From positions 1,056,001 to 1,120,000 of the forward strand of contig CP147778.1 in assembly GCA_037305845.1 (NCBI GenBank): a DNA stretch of 64,000 bases. Direction: 5' to 3'. Within the stretch, counting starts at the first letter, position 1; every line of letters starts with the position of its first letter. The position numbers and the translations under genes are program-made. The notes beneath the pieces were generated by a model, which made no database searches, was not told the origin of the DNA, and was given only the letters and a program-made list of their open reading frames with translations. Positions 8,804 to 17,836 of this stretch are shown piece by piece. The DNA is from Candidatus Freyarchaeum deiterrae. GTDB taxonomy: Archaea; Asgardarchaeota; Jordiarchaeia; Jordiarchaeales; Jordiarchaeaceae.

Positions 8804-11065
8804 TTATATTTTGATTTCTTTGCTCTTGGAGAAGACCATTGGTGTTATTATTTCTTGGTTGAATTTGATGTAGCCTTGTTGTTCGGAGACTATGGCTACT
8901 ATTTCTTCTCTGGAGGTTACGGGTGCAAATAGTACTTCTTCTTTGTCCCTTATTACGCACCAAATGTCTTTGTTGGGGTAGTTGAGAAATTTTACGTTTC
9001 CCTGTCTTGAGAAGTGTTTTATGACAGATTCGAAAACTTTCATATCAATGTTTGAGGCGACGGTTGTTTTGAAATCCTTGATGTTCAGTAGCTCTTCCAA
9101 AATTTCTGGGATGGGTTCGGGGGATATTATTATCATGTTTTTCTTTGTTCTCTTAGCCATGGATTTGGTGTGGGCTATGATGGCTTTCTCTCCTATTAAG
9201 GGCCATGTTTTTGTGTCCATGGTAAAGGAGTTGTAGGAGGCTTCCCATATTTTTCTTAGGATTTCCTCTTTTTTCCCGACTTGTGAGGTAATGTTTTCGG
9301 ATTTTTCGATTAGGTCTTTAAGGTTTTTATCCACGATTTCCTTTGATTCCGTGTAGCTTTTCGTTATGATTGAAGCTATTTTTTCTTCGAAGGGGCTGAG
9401 TTCTTCTATGTAGGGGGAGGTTTGTTGGTTTATGGATGTGGAGAAATCAACGTAAAGCCCATCGATCATTTTATCGTATTCGAAGGCGTTGCTCTGTAAT
9501 AGTTGGGCGAGTTTCTTTCGGAGATAGAGAACGCTGTATTCTAGCAGTTTGATTCTGTTCCTGATGTTATTCTTATGTGTGGAAAAAAGTTCCTTTGATC
9601 CATTTTCAAATGAGGATAAGGCCTCGTTGACGTTTTTATAAGCATTGTCGATGTAGTTTCCTATCTCTTGCTCCAGCTGGGCGCTTACCTTTTCATAATC
9701 ATCGCTGTTATTTCTAATTATTTCCGAAACTCTATCAGAGATTTTGGATTCTATTGGAGGATATTTCAGTGTAATGCGTTCCTTGACTTTCTGCTCAACA
9801 TTGCTGATCTCGACTTTTGCATCGTTGGTTTTTTCATCTAGGAAAGTTGAGAAACTTTTGCTAATCTGTTCGGTGATTTCATTCGCTGAAGAAATCTGGT
9901 CCGATATAGCTTTTCGGTAATCAGCGTTCAAATTTTTAACCGTCTCATATATGTTCTTGGTCTGTCCATTCAATTCATCAAGAAAAGCGTCTCCTTTTAG
10001 AATTGCACCGGTAAAGGCTTTTTTACGAGGAGATAGAGAGGATACGGAATTAGACAAGTCTTGGGAAACGTTCTGTAATCCTTCAATAATGCTCCTTACT
10101 CTGGGTTCGAATGAAGCCAGCACATCCAAATACTCGTTGCGTAAACCATTAAGAGTCTCTAAATATTTATTTTTAAAAGATTCCGCTTTTTCACCTGTAA
10201 TATCCAAAATAGTCTTGAGTAAATCAAGAATACTTGCCTCAACCTCTTCAACGGATTTTCTTAAATCGTTTGAATCCTCATCCATGATAACTCTGATCTT
10301 ATTATTTAAATCGGAATTATTTTTCTCATGCCTTGAACGGTGGTCAGTCAAGATGGATGCGAACTGCAACTTAATAAGTTCGAATCGGCTATGAATATCT
10401 TTTATAAAAGCGGAAAGCGTATTACCCGTCAGATCTACCAGAGAAGAAATATCTCCCTCTACATTAGAAGTAAATTCAGAGGTAATATCTAAAAGATTGA
10501 AACTTTTTTTCTCCTCCAAACGCTCAATATCATTCATGCTTACAATTCCCGTAGAGAGCGTAGAGTGTATAGCCTCCTCAATGGAAACACTTAAACCCCT
10601 GAAAGCATCGGCACTCTCCTCAAACCTAGAAGCCATAATTTTGGAAAAATCCTCAACGAAGGACTTTAAATTCTCCACCCGTGTATGCGTCACATGAGAA
10701 ATCTCTTCAACCGATGAATTCTTACCCTTCTCAAGTCTCTCGAAAAGATCCTGATACCTTAAACCCACAGTGTCTCGCAAATCCTCAAAAGAGCTACTCA
10801 AATCTTCATAAGTAATCAGAAACCCAGCCAAAAAAGGATTCAAAGCCACAAAACCCTCCACTTCACCGGGAGTCTTTCTTACAAAACGCAATTCCACCAA
10901 GCGATCCAGAATACTCTTGCAAGCATCCACAGACAATCCAGTCAAGAAAGAGACGTCACCCAAAGCTAAACGACTCGCACCCAAAACAGCCAAATAAACT
11001 TTAACCTCATCTTCTCTCAAATCCAATTTCTTCATAAACTCCGAAATAACCTCGTCCAAACCCAT
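8804..11065 (-). CDS. TrmB-like HTH + long alpha-helical/coiled-coil region + C-terminal TrmB/PLD-like domain
   Basis: N-terminal LREDEVKVYLAVL..DVSFLTGL..ILDRLVELRFV; about 500 aa of amphipathic helices; C-terminal AKRTKKNMIIISP..VIRDKEEVLFAP. Confidence 0.7.
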   Translation of the reverse strand: MGLDEVISEFMKKLDLREDEVKVYLAVLGASRLALGDVSFLTGLSVDACKSILDRLVELRFVRKTPGEVEGFVALNPFLAGFLITYEDLSSSFEDLRDTVGLRYQDLFERLEKGKNSSVEEISHVTHTRVENLKSFVEDFSKIMASRFEESADAFRGLSVSIEEAIHSTLSTGIVSMNDIERLEEKKSFNLLDITSEFTSNVEGDISSLVDLTGNTLSAFIKDIHSRFELIKLQFASILTDHRSRHEKNNSDLNNKIRVIMDEDSNDLRKSVEEVEASILDLLKTILDITGEKAESFKNKYLETLNGLRNEYLDVLASFEPRVRSIIEGLQNVSQDLSNSVSSLSPRKKAFTGAILKGDAFLDELNGQTKNIYETVKNLNADYRKAISDQISSANEITEQISKSFSTFLDEKTNDAKVEISNVEQKVKERITLKYPPIESKISDRVSEIIRNNSDDYEKVSAQLEQEIGNYIDNAYKNVNEALSSFENGSKELFSTHKNNIRNRIKLLEYSVLYLRKKLAQLLQSNAFEYDKMIDGLYVDFSTSINQQTSPYIEELSPFEEKIASIITKSYTESKEIVDKNLKDLIEKSENITSQVGKKEEILRKIWEASYNSFTMDTKTWPLIGEKAIIAHTKSMAKRTKKNMIIISPEPIPEILEELLNIKDFKTTVASNIDMKVFESVIKHFSRQGNVKFLNYPNKDIWCVIRDKEEVLFAPVTSREEIVAIVSEQQGYIKFNQEIITPMVFSKSKEIKI

Positions 11066-11421
11066 AAAAATTCCCCGACATACTAATTAAATGAAAAATA
11101 ACAACAAAATATATATCTCTTTTGAAGAAAAAGGCAAAACAAACCTAGATAAAAACAAAAGAACAGCCTTATAACAATCCAATTTCAAGACAAACATCAT
11201 TAATATCTATTTGCACCCAAATCACCCAACCTATTAATAACAAGCACTTCAATTGTCAAATTAAATATTCGAACGCATCACTCAAAGTCAATACAAGTTT
11301 ATAGCTGAATAAGACTGTTTGAAAGCATCATTCCAAAAAAGAGATAAACATATATCCATGTCGCCGTAAATTTGAAAATGTTTATAACCGCTAGAAAACA
11401 AAAGCGCGAAGATGAGGGAAG

Positions 11422-12612
11422 ATGGCATACTACGACCCAAACGACCCCGATATGAAGACAATAAAAGTTGAGTACGATGTTAAAAAACTAGTGGAATCCC
11501 TAAGAAATTCAAGCTGGGGCATTCGACAGGCTGCGGCAAACGCCCTCGTAAAGATCGGAGAAGCGGCAGTAGAACCACTTATCGGAGCACTAAATGATAA
11601 TAGTCATACCCGAATAACATCAATATGGGCACTGGGAGAAATAGGAGACAAAAGAGCCACAGAACCACTCACACAAGCACTAAAAGACAACGATTGGCAT
11701 GTGCGAGAAGCCGCAGCAATAGCCCTCGGAAACATAAAAGACGAGAGAGCGGTACAACCACTAATACAAGCACTAAGGGATGAAGATGCCGATGTTTGGA
11801 TCAAAGCAGTCACGGCACTAGGAGAAACAGGAAAACCAGCAGTAGAACCACTAATCGGGGCATTAAAAGATGAAAACAAAAACGTTCGATGGGGAGCAGC
11901 GCAAGCGCTAGGAAAGATAAAAGACAAAAGAGCCGCAGAACCACTCGCACAAGCACTAAAAGACCAAGACAAAAGTGTCTGTAAAAGCGCCGCACAAGCA
12001 CTGGGAGAAATAGGAGACAAAAGAACTGTGGAACCACTAATACAAACACTAAAAAATGAAAACAAGGACATCCAAGTGGAAGCAGCGCAAGCGCTAGGAA
12101 AGACAAAAGACAAAAGAGCGGTACAACCACTAACACAACTATTAAAGGACAAAGACAAGGATATCCGTAAAAGCGCCGCACAAGCACTGGGGGAAATAGG
12201 AGACGAAAAGGCGTCAGAACCACTCGCACAAGCACTAAAAGACGAAGACGAAGACGAGGATGTGAAAGCAGAAGCAACACTAGCCCTAGTAAAAATGAAA
12301 GACGAGAGAGCGGTACAACCACTAACACAATTTCTGAAAAGCGAAGATAGAAGGATTCGAAAAAGAGTAACAGATACCCTCATAGAAATAGGAGAACCAG
12401 CGGTACAACCATTAATACAAGCACTAAAAGACAAAGACGACCGCGCTCGATACAGAGCAGCATGGACACTAGGAGAAATAGGAGACACAAGAGCTGAAAA
12501 ACCGCTAACACAAACGCTAAACAACGACACAGAAATAGAAGTCAAACTATTCGCAGAAAAAGCACTAGAAAAACTCAAAACAAAAAAAGGCGAAATGAAA
12601 CCAAACTACTAA
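11422..12612 (+). CDS. PBS-lyase-type HEAT-repeat protein
   Basis: About 12 31-aa repeats with consensus VRxxAAxALGEIGDxRAVEPLxQALKD. Confidence 0.93.
   Translation: MAYYDPNDPDMKTIKVEYDVKKLVESLRNSSWGIRQAAANALVKIGEAAVEPLIGALNDNSHTRITSIWALGEIGDKRATEPLTQALKDNDWHVREAAAIALGNIKDERAVQPLIQALRDEDADVWIKAVTALGETGKPAVEPLIGALKDENKNVRWGAAQALGKIKDKRAAEPLAQALKDQDKSVCKSAAQALGEIGDKRTVEPLIQTLKNENKDIQVEAAQALGKTKDKRAVQPLTQLLKDKDKDIRKSAAQALGEIGDEKASEPLAQALKDEDEDEDVKAEATLALVKMKDERAVQPLTQFLKSEDRRIRKRVTDTLIEIGEPAVQPLIQALKDKDDRARYRAAWTLGEIGDTRAEKPLTQTLNNDTEIEVKLFAEKALEKLKTKKGEMKPNY
11600..12520 (+). repeat. Tandem ~93-bp coding repeats, including a 186-bp duplicated block
   Basis: GCAGCGCAAGCGCTAGGAAAGA at 11896 and 12082; GTAAAAGCGCCGCACAAGCACTGGG at 11981 and 12167. 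Confidence 0.85.
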
Positions 12613-12829
12613 ACCACTACTCAAACTCAACTAAACATCGCAAAAAAAATTATTATACAACATGTTTCAAAAAACACAAACCAGACAAACTGTTATAGTA
12701 AACATTCATATTTTTTGAAACTTACAAGCAACCACAGAATCACTTCTTATAAATTAATCCGAAAATATAAATCCCTCAACCTTAAATTCGGGAACTATAG
12801 CCTCCATCATTTAGTCTTGTTATGCGATT

Positions 12830-13075
12830 GAAAAATCGCAAGAGGGAAAAATATATGGAAAACTCCTGAGAAAATAAGTCGCTTTCCCCCACCACAAGCA
12901 GTGGAAGGGGAATTAGATTGCGGTGTTCATCCAGCTAGAAAACGAGGGGTGGCTTCATCGCCAACACATAAAAGTGCGCTGGGAGAGGGGAGATAAAACA
13001 TAGGGGAGGAGGGCGTGAAATTGGGAGGAGGGGAAGTCATGCACATATTAGTCGGCTCGGCCATGTTTACTCTCT
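12830..13075 (-). ncRNA. Second C-rich candidate ncRNA (alternatively a 45-aa Pro/Ser-rich ORF at 12927-13064)
   Basis: Minus-strand CGAAAAC-TATATA promoter at about 13091-13105; motifs CATGACTTCCCCTCCTCCC, GCCCTCCTCCCCC and TATGTTTTATCTCCCCTCTCCC resemble the 8440-8700 element; terminal hairpin 12883-12912. Confidence 0.4.
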
Positions 13076-13328
13076 TTTGCTTTCTTTGTGCATATATAGT
13101 TTTCGGAAGATTTTGTATTTTTCGCAAAAATATTTTGTTTTTCACTTTTATTTGTATCTTATTCTTGAGAGATTCGCAAAAAAGGCGCGTTTTTAGTTAG
13201 AAGTTCAAAAAATTTTACACATTTTCAGCCGTTTACTGAAATATTTAATCTCTAATTGGGCGCCCTATTTTAGGAACCTAAGGTTTACATTTTTAGATAT
13301 ATTGTTTTGCGGTTCTCAGTTTTTTATC

Positions 13329-13658
13329 CTATTTTATTTTTGTCCCAGCTGGGGTCTCCTCTTCCGGTGTTATTAGTATTGGTCGTCCGTTTAGGTCGGC
13401 TGCTAGTATCATTCCTCTGGATTCGAGTCCCATCAATTCTTTGGGTTCCAGATTGACTAGTACGACTACGTTTTTGCCGGTTAGATCCTCGGGTTTCAGG
13501 TATTCGGCCACACCGGCTACGATTTGTCTAGTCTCTCCTTGCCCTATTTCCACTTTCATGTTTATGAGTTTTTTAGCGGTTGGGACTTTTTCTGCTTTTA
13601 TTATTTTTCCTATTCTTAGGTCCATTTTTTGGAATTCTTTGAGGGTTATTGTGGTCAT
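13329..13658 (-). CDS. Stand-alone tRNA-binding OB-fold (MetRS beta subunit / Trbp111 / CsaA family)
   Basis: MDLRIGKI, RQIVAG, NLEPKELMGLESRGMILAA. Confidence 0.9.
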   Translation of the reverse strand: MTTITLKEFQKMDLRIGKIIKAEKVPTAKKLINMKVEIGQGETRQIVAGVAEYLKPEDLTGKNVVVLVNLEPKELMGLESRGMILAADLNGRPILITPEEETPAGTKIK

Positions 13659-13750
13659 TTTTCCACTTCTACTTTCGCTTTCCTTAGTTTAATTGTTAGT
13701 TATGTTTATTAGTTTTAATGGGTGGCTGGGAGTGTTTTTTTGTTTTGTGG

Positions 13751-14971
13751 TTATTGAACTAGTTGGAGGTGGCGGAGTTGGTTAAGTAGGTTTAGGAGTT
13801 GTCTATCTCCTTTTGCTGCTGCCTTTAGGAAGATTCCTATTTTTTTTCCGGCGGTAAGTTCTACTACGTTTTGTCCGGTGAGTATTTGTGCGAGTTTGTC
13901 GAGCAGCGAGTCTTCGGCTTCTGCCAGTAGTTTTTGTAGGTCTAGCATTTGTTCGAATTCTTTCTGGTATTTTTCTTTCCATCGCTCTTCATAGAGTGAG
14001 AGGGCTTCTTCGCTGGTGTCTTCTTCGGTTATGGCTTCTGTTGCTACTTCTCCAGCTATGCTTCCACAGACTATCGCGTATCCCATGCCCCCGCCAGTAA
14101 TGGGGTGGACTTGTCCTGCTGCGTCTCCTACTAGCATTAGGTTATCCTGTACGTTTTTGGGATTGGGGCCTCCCATGGGTAGGGCTCCGACTCGGAATTC
14201 TATTACTTTAGCGTTTTCGCAGATTTCTTTGCCTCGGGGGTTGTGTTTGATGAAGTCTTGTAGGTATTCAAAGGCGGTTTTTTCTCCCATTCCTCCTCCT
14301 ATTCCTAGTCCGATGTTGGCTCGGTTTTCGCTTTTGGGGAAGACCCATACGTATCCACGGGGGGAGACTTGTTTTCCGAGGTAGAATTCAAGTAGGTCAG
14401 TGTCGTCTATTTTAACGTTTACCATTTCATATTGTGCACAGCTTTCTATGTCTTTGATTTTGACATTTTTTCTTAGTCCGGAAAGTTTTGCTATTGTACT
14501 GTTAACTCCGTCTGCGCCTACTACCACTTTGGCTTCTATTTCGACTTTTTCACCGAGTCTTCTGCCTATTATCCCGCTGATTTGATCATTTTTGTATAGA
14601 AATTCGGTGACGTTTACTCCTACAAGGGCTTCAGCACCAGCCTCACAGGCCTTCGCTAGTAGTTCCTTGTCGAATATGCGGCGATCAATAATATATCCTT
14701 CTGGTTCTGATTTAGCATAGTCCACTTTGGCTAGGTTGGGGCTGTAGATGCGGAATCCGCGGATGGTATTGATTACTGCATTTTTAGGAACGTCAATTTC
14801 AGCGATTGAAGGCCCGGTTTTTCCAAGGGCTTCTCCGCAGTGCACGGGAATGCCTACGTGGGTTTTACGATCTATGATTAAAACTTTGCCGCCTTTTTTC
14901 AGGGCGGACATGGCTGTTGAGGTTCCTCCAGGTCCTGCTCCTACTACTAATAAATCGGTTTTGAGTTCCAT
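13751..14971 (-). CDS. Geranylgeranyl reductase family (probable digeranylgeranylglycerophospholipid reductase)
   Basis: GAGPGG, PVHCGE, DRRIFD, GADG, GYVWVFPK, GDAAGQVHPITGGG. Confidence 0.9.
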   Translation of the reverse strand: MELKTDLLVVGAGPGGTSTAMSALKKGGKVLIIDRKTHVGIPVHCGEALGKTGPSIAEIDVPKNAVINTIRGFRIYSPNLAKVDYAKSEPEGYIIDRRIFDKELLAKACEAGAEALVGVNVTEFLYKNDQISGIIGRRLGEKVEIEAKVVVGADGVNSTIAKLSGLRKNVKIKDIESCAQYEMVNVKIDDTDLLEFYLGKQVSPRGYVWVFPKSENRANIGLGIGGGMGEKTAFEYLQDFIKHNPRGKEICENAKVIEFRVGALPMGGPNPKNVQDNLMLVGDAAGQVHPITGGGMGYAIVCGSIAGEVATEAITEEDTSEEALSLYEERWKEKYQKEFEQMLDLQKLLAEAEDSLLDKLAQILTGQNVVELTAGKKIGIFLKAAAKGDRQLLNLLNQLRHLQLVQ

Positions 14972-15160
14972 TTATATCACCTAATGAATGGGTCTGAAAT
15001 TGATAATCTGTTACAGGAAAGGTTTTATGAATTGCGGAAATGCGACTCTTATTTATCTTTTTAACTCTCCGAGGTGGGGATGGATAAAAGTGAGAATTCT
15101 AGTTATATTCTTGAGGAAATATAAAGGTAAATGTGCTTGGTTCCTATTTAAAATGATGGT

Positions 15161-15340
15161 TTAAGATGTTTTTTCCTCAATTATTATTGCACCTATAGGA
15201 CAGACTTTGAAACATACTCCACAATTGTTACAGGTTTGAACATCTACCACCGCCTCGTGTTCTTCGATACATACAGCATTCCTTGGGCATACGCTTGCAC
15301 ATGCTGCACATATTCCGCAAAGTTCTCTCTTGATTTTCAT
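15161..15340 (-). CDS. 2x[4Fe-4S] ferredoxin, 59 aa
   Basis: Hand-translated MKIKRELCGICAACASVCPRNAV...TCNNCGVCFKVCPIGAI; two CxxCxxCxxxCP motifs; upstream of the reductase gene on the same strand. Confidence 0.92.
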   Translation of the reverse strand: MKIKRELCGICAACASVCPRNAVCIEEHEAVVDVQTCNNCGVCFKVCPIGAIIIEEKTS

Positions 15341-15631
15341 TGAGCTACTTCCTGAATTTGTTTAGTTATATTCCCAATGAAGATTTAAATTATTATCTTT
15401 ATCTCCCTTTAGACTTCTTATACTTATTGTTGTAGATACTTAAATTAATTTAGGGAGTTGTAATAGCCTAGTTGTCTATAAGGGGAAAAATTATTTAAAG
15501 AAAATCTTTTTTACCCCACATGTAATACTGACATATAATTAAAATACAAAATTTGAAAGGAAAAGTGAAGTGTTAAAAAATTCATCTGTACTCCCAATCT
15601 TTTACACTATATTTGTAATGAGATAGTAGAT

Positions 15632-15691
15632 ATGCCTAAAACTTTAGTTTGCAACTACTGTTCAAGAGTGCTAATACCACTATGGAGGTGA
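15632..15691 (+). CDS. Candidate leader peptide/uORF MPKTLVCNYCSRVLIPLWR
   Basis: ATG about 20 nt after TATA-like CTATATTT; its stop codon lies within the lysW SD GGAGGTGA. Confidence 0.35.
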   Translation: MPKTLVCNYCSRVLIPLWR

Positions 15692-15698
15692 TTGGATT

Positions 15699-15872
15699 AT
15701 GGTCAAGTGTAAATGTCCAGAATGTGGCGCTAATTTAGACCTCGAAGACCCAGTTGTAAGAGAAATAGTTGAGTGCCCAGATTGCGGAGCCGAGCTTGAA
15801 GTGGTAAGCGTAGAAACGAATAAAGTTAGTCTGAAAACCGCAGAGATTGAGGGCGAAGACTGGGGAGAATAA
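15699..15872 (+). CDS. lysW: Amino-group carrier protein LysW
   Basis: Hand-translated MVKCKCPECGA...ECPDCGAELEV...EGEDWGE; EDWGE C-terminus; SD GGAGGTGA. Confidence 0.97.
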   Translation: MVKCKCPECGANLDLEDPVVREIVECPDCGAELEVVSVETNKVSLKTAEIEGEDWGE

Positions 15873-15923
15873 ATAGAGCGATAGATTTTAATCGGCGAAA
15901 TCAACAAAAGAAGGTACTAAAGG

Positions 15924-16778
15924 TTGAAAACTATTGGTATGATAATCGATCGAGTAAGATGGGACGAGAAGTCTCTGATCGAAGCCGCAAAACGAAAAAA
16001 CATCAAATTAGTTCTGATCGATGGAAAAGACATCTTCTTAGAAGCTACAGGGGATTGTGATCGCATACCCGAGGCTGACATATATCTTCAGCGCACGGTG
16101 AGCACTTTCAAGGGTCTCTACATCACAAAAATTTTGGAGAGCAAGGGTAAACCTGTGGTTAATTCCTATGCGGTGTCCAGCGTCTGTGCAGATAAGCTTC
16201 TCACAACCCTAGCCCTAAGGAAAGCAGGCATACCCAGCCCCAGAACTTTTGTAGCTTTCGATATCGACGCCGCTCTTAACACTTTGGAGGAGTTGGGATA
16301 CCCTGCGATAATTAAACCAGTGTTTGGGAGCTGGGGAAGACTGATAGCCCCCCTAAAGGATCCCCAATCCGCTAAAGCCATATTAGAGAGCAGAGAATCT
16401 ATGGGAGCGCTTTACCAAATTTATTATATTCAGGAATTTGTGAATAAAATGAATAATAGGGATATTAGAAGTTTTGTCATAGGCGATAAGGTTGTTACAG
16501 CGATATATCGTATTGCTGGCCAGGATGAATGGCGAACAAACACTGCCCTCGGGGGAAGAGCGGAACAGTGTCCGGTAACCCCCGAAATAGAGGATTTAAG
16601 TTTGAGGGCCGCCAAAGCCCTCGGAGAAGGAGTATTTGGAGTTGACATATTAGAAACCTCAGAGAATATGTTTGTTAATGAAGTTAATCACACAATGGAA
16701 TACCATACTACTGTGCCTTTAACTGGTGTGGACATTCCCGGAATGTTAATAGATTATTGTTTGGAGATAGTGAAATGA
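15924..16778 (+). CDS. lysX: LysW-amino acid ligase (ATP-grasp, LysX/ArgX)
   Basis: IKPVFGSWGRL, YIQEFV, RDIR, WRTNTALGG, EVNHTME; follows lysW. Confidence 0.93.
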   Translation: MKTIGMIIDRVRWDEKSLIEAAKRKNIKLVLIDGKDIFLEATGDCDRIPEADIYLQRTVSTFKGLYITKILESKGKPVVNSYAVSSVCADKLLTTLALRKAGIPSPRTFVAFDIDAALNTLEELGYPAIIKPVFGSWGRLIAPLKDPQSAKAILESRESMGALYQIYYIQEFVNKMNNRDIRSFVIGDKVVTAIYRIAGQDEWRTNTALGGRAEQCPVTPEIEDLSLRAAKALGEGVFGVDILETSENMFVNEVNHTMEYHTTVPLTGVDIPGMLIDYCLEIVK

Positions 16779-17824
16779 GAGTTGGAATTGTTGGAGCTTC
16801 AGGGTACACGGGTGGAGACCTAACAAGACTGTTACTCTTTCACCCCGACGCGGAATTAACCTGTGTAACGTCTAGACAGTTTTCTGGAAAATATTTGAGC
16901 AGCCTGCATCCGAATCTAAGAGGTATAAGCCAAATAAAGTTTGAGGACTACAACGTGAACACTGTTACCGATAAATGCGACTACGCCTTCCTCGCAGTGC
17001 CGCATCGAGCCTCTATGAGCATTATGCCTGAATTACTGGAAACTGGATTAAAGATAATAGATTTGAGCGCTGATTTCAGAATAAAAAACCTGGAAACCTA
17101 CGAGTACTACTATGGTAAACATGAACACCCAGAACTTCTAGAAAAATCAGTCTACGGCATCTCCGAACTCCACAAAGAAGAAATCAAAAAAGCCAAACTG
17201 GTTTCCTGCCCCGGATGCATGGCTTCAAGCGCCATACTCGGCGCCGCACCTATGATGGGTACTGGAGCTGTGGACTTGGAGAAAATAGTAATCGATTCCA
17301 AAGTAGGATCCTCAGCTTCGGGAAGGGAATTCTCTCTCTCAACACATCACCCAGAAAGGGCGAACGTTGTAAGACCTTACAAGGCCACCAACCATAGGCA
17401 CACTGCCGAGATGGAGCAGGAACTAAGTGCGTTGGCCGGAAAGCAGGTGAAGGTTGCATTTTCCGCTCACGCAGTGGACATGGTAAGGGGCATTCTAACG
17501 ACTATACATCTGTTTCTTGAAAAGGAGCTAACCGAACAAGAAGTTTGGGGCACTCTCCGAGAATTCTATACAGGTCAGCCGTTCATAAGACTCATTAAGC
17601 AGAAAACAGGAATCTACAGACTACCCGACCCCAAAGTCGTTGTAGGAACTAACTACTGTGATATAGGATTCGAAATAGACGAGCATATGCCTCGTATAGT
17701 GATTTTTTCTGCTATAGATAATTTAATTAAAGGTGCGGCGGGGCAGGCGGTTCAGTGTATGAACATTATGGAAGGAATAGATGAAACCAGGGGTCTAACA
17801 TTTCCAGGACTTCACCCATATTGA
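16775..17824 (+). CDS. lysY: LysW-aminoacyl-phosphate reductase (LysY/ArgC)
   Basis: GASGYTG, DLSADFR, CPGC, HHPER, DNLIKGAAGQAVQ; ATGA overlap with lysX. Confidence 0.93.
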   Translation: MRVGIVGASGYTGGDLTRLLLFHPDAELTCVTSRQFSGKYLSSLHPNLRGISQIKFEDYNVNTVTDKCDYAFLAVPHRASMSIMPELLETGLKIIDLSADFRIKNLETYEYYYGKHEHPELLEKSVYGISELHKEEIKKAKLVSCPGCMASSAILGAAPMMGTGAVDLEKIVIDSKVGSSASGREFSLSTHHPERANVVRPYKATNHRHTAEMEQELSALAGKQVKVAFSAHAVDMVRGILTTIHLFLEKELTEQEVWGTLREFYTGQPFIRLIKQKTGIYRLPDPKVVVGTNYCDIGFEIDEHMPRIVIFSAIDNLIKGAAGQAVQCMNIMEGIDETRGLTFPGLHPY

Positions 17825-17836
17825 GGACGCGATTAG

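Noticed and set aside
11604-12578. Long antisense ORFs over the HEAT gene
   Set aside because: Shadow of a repetitive coding strand with few antisense stop codons
13751-14971. Reductase as a lipoate-pathway accessory oxidoreductase
   Set aside because: More than 5 kb from the lipoate genes; the PxxCGE motif and adjacent ferredoxin fit a lipid geranylgeranyl reductase
15680-15907. 75-aa minus-strand ORF
   Set aside because: Antisense to the genuine lysW gene
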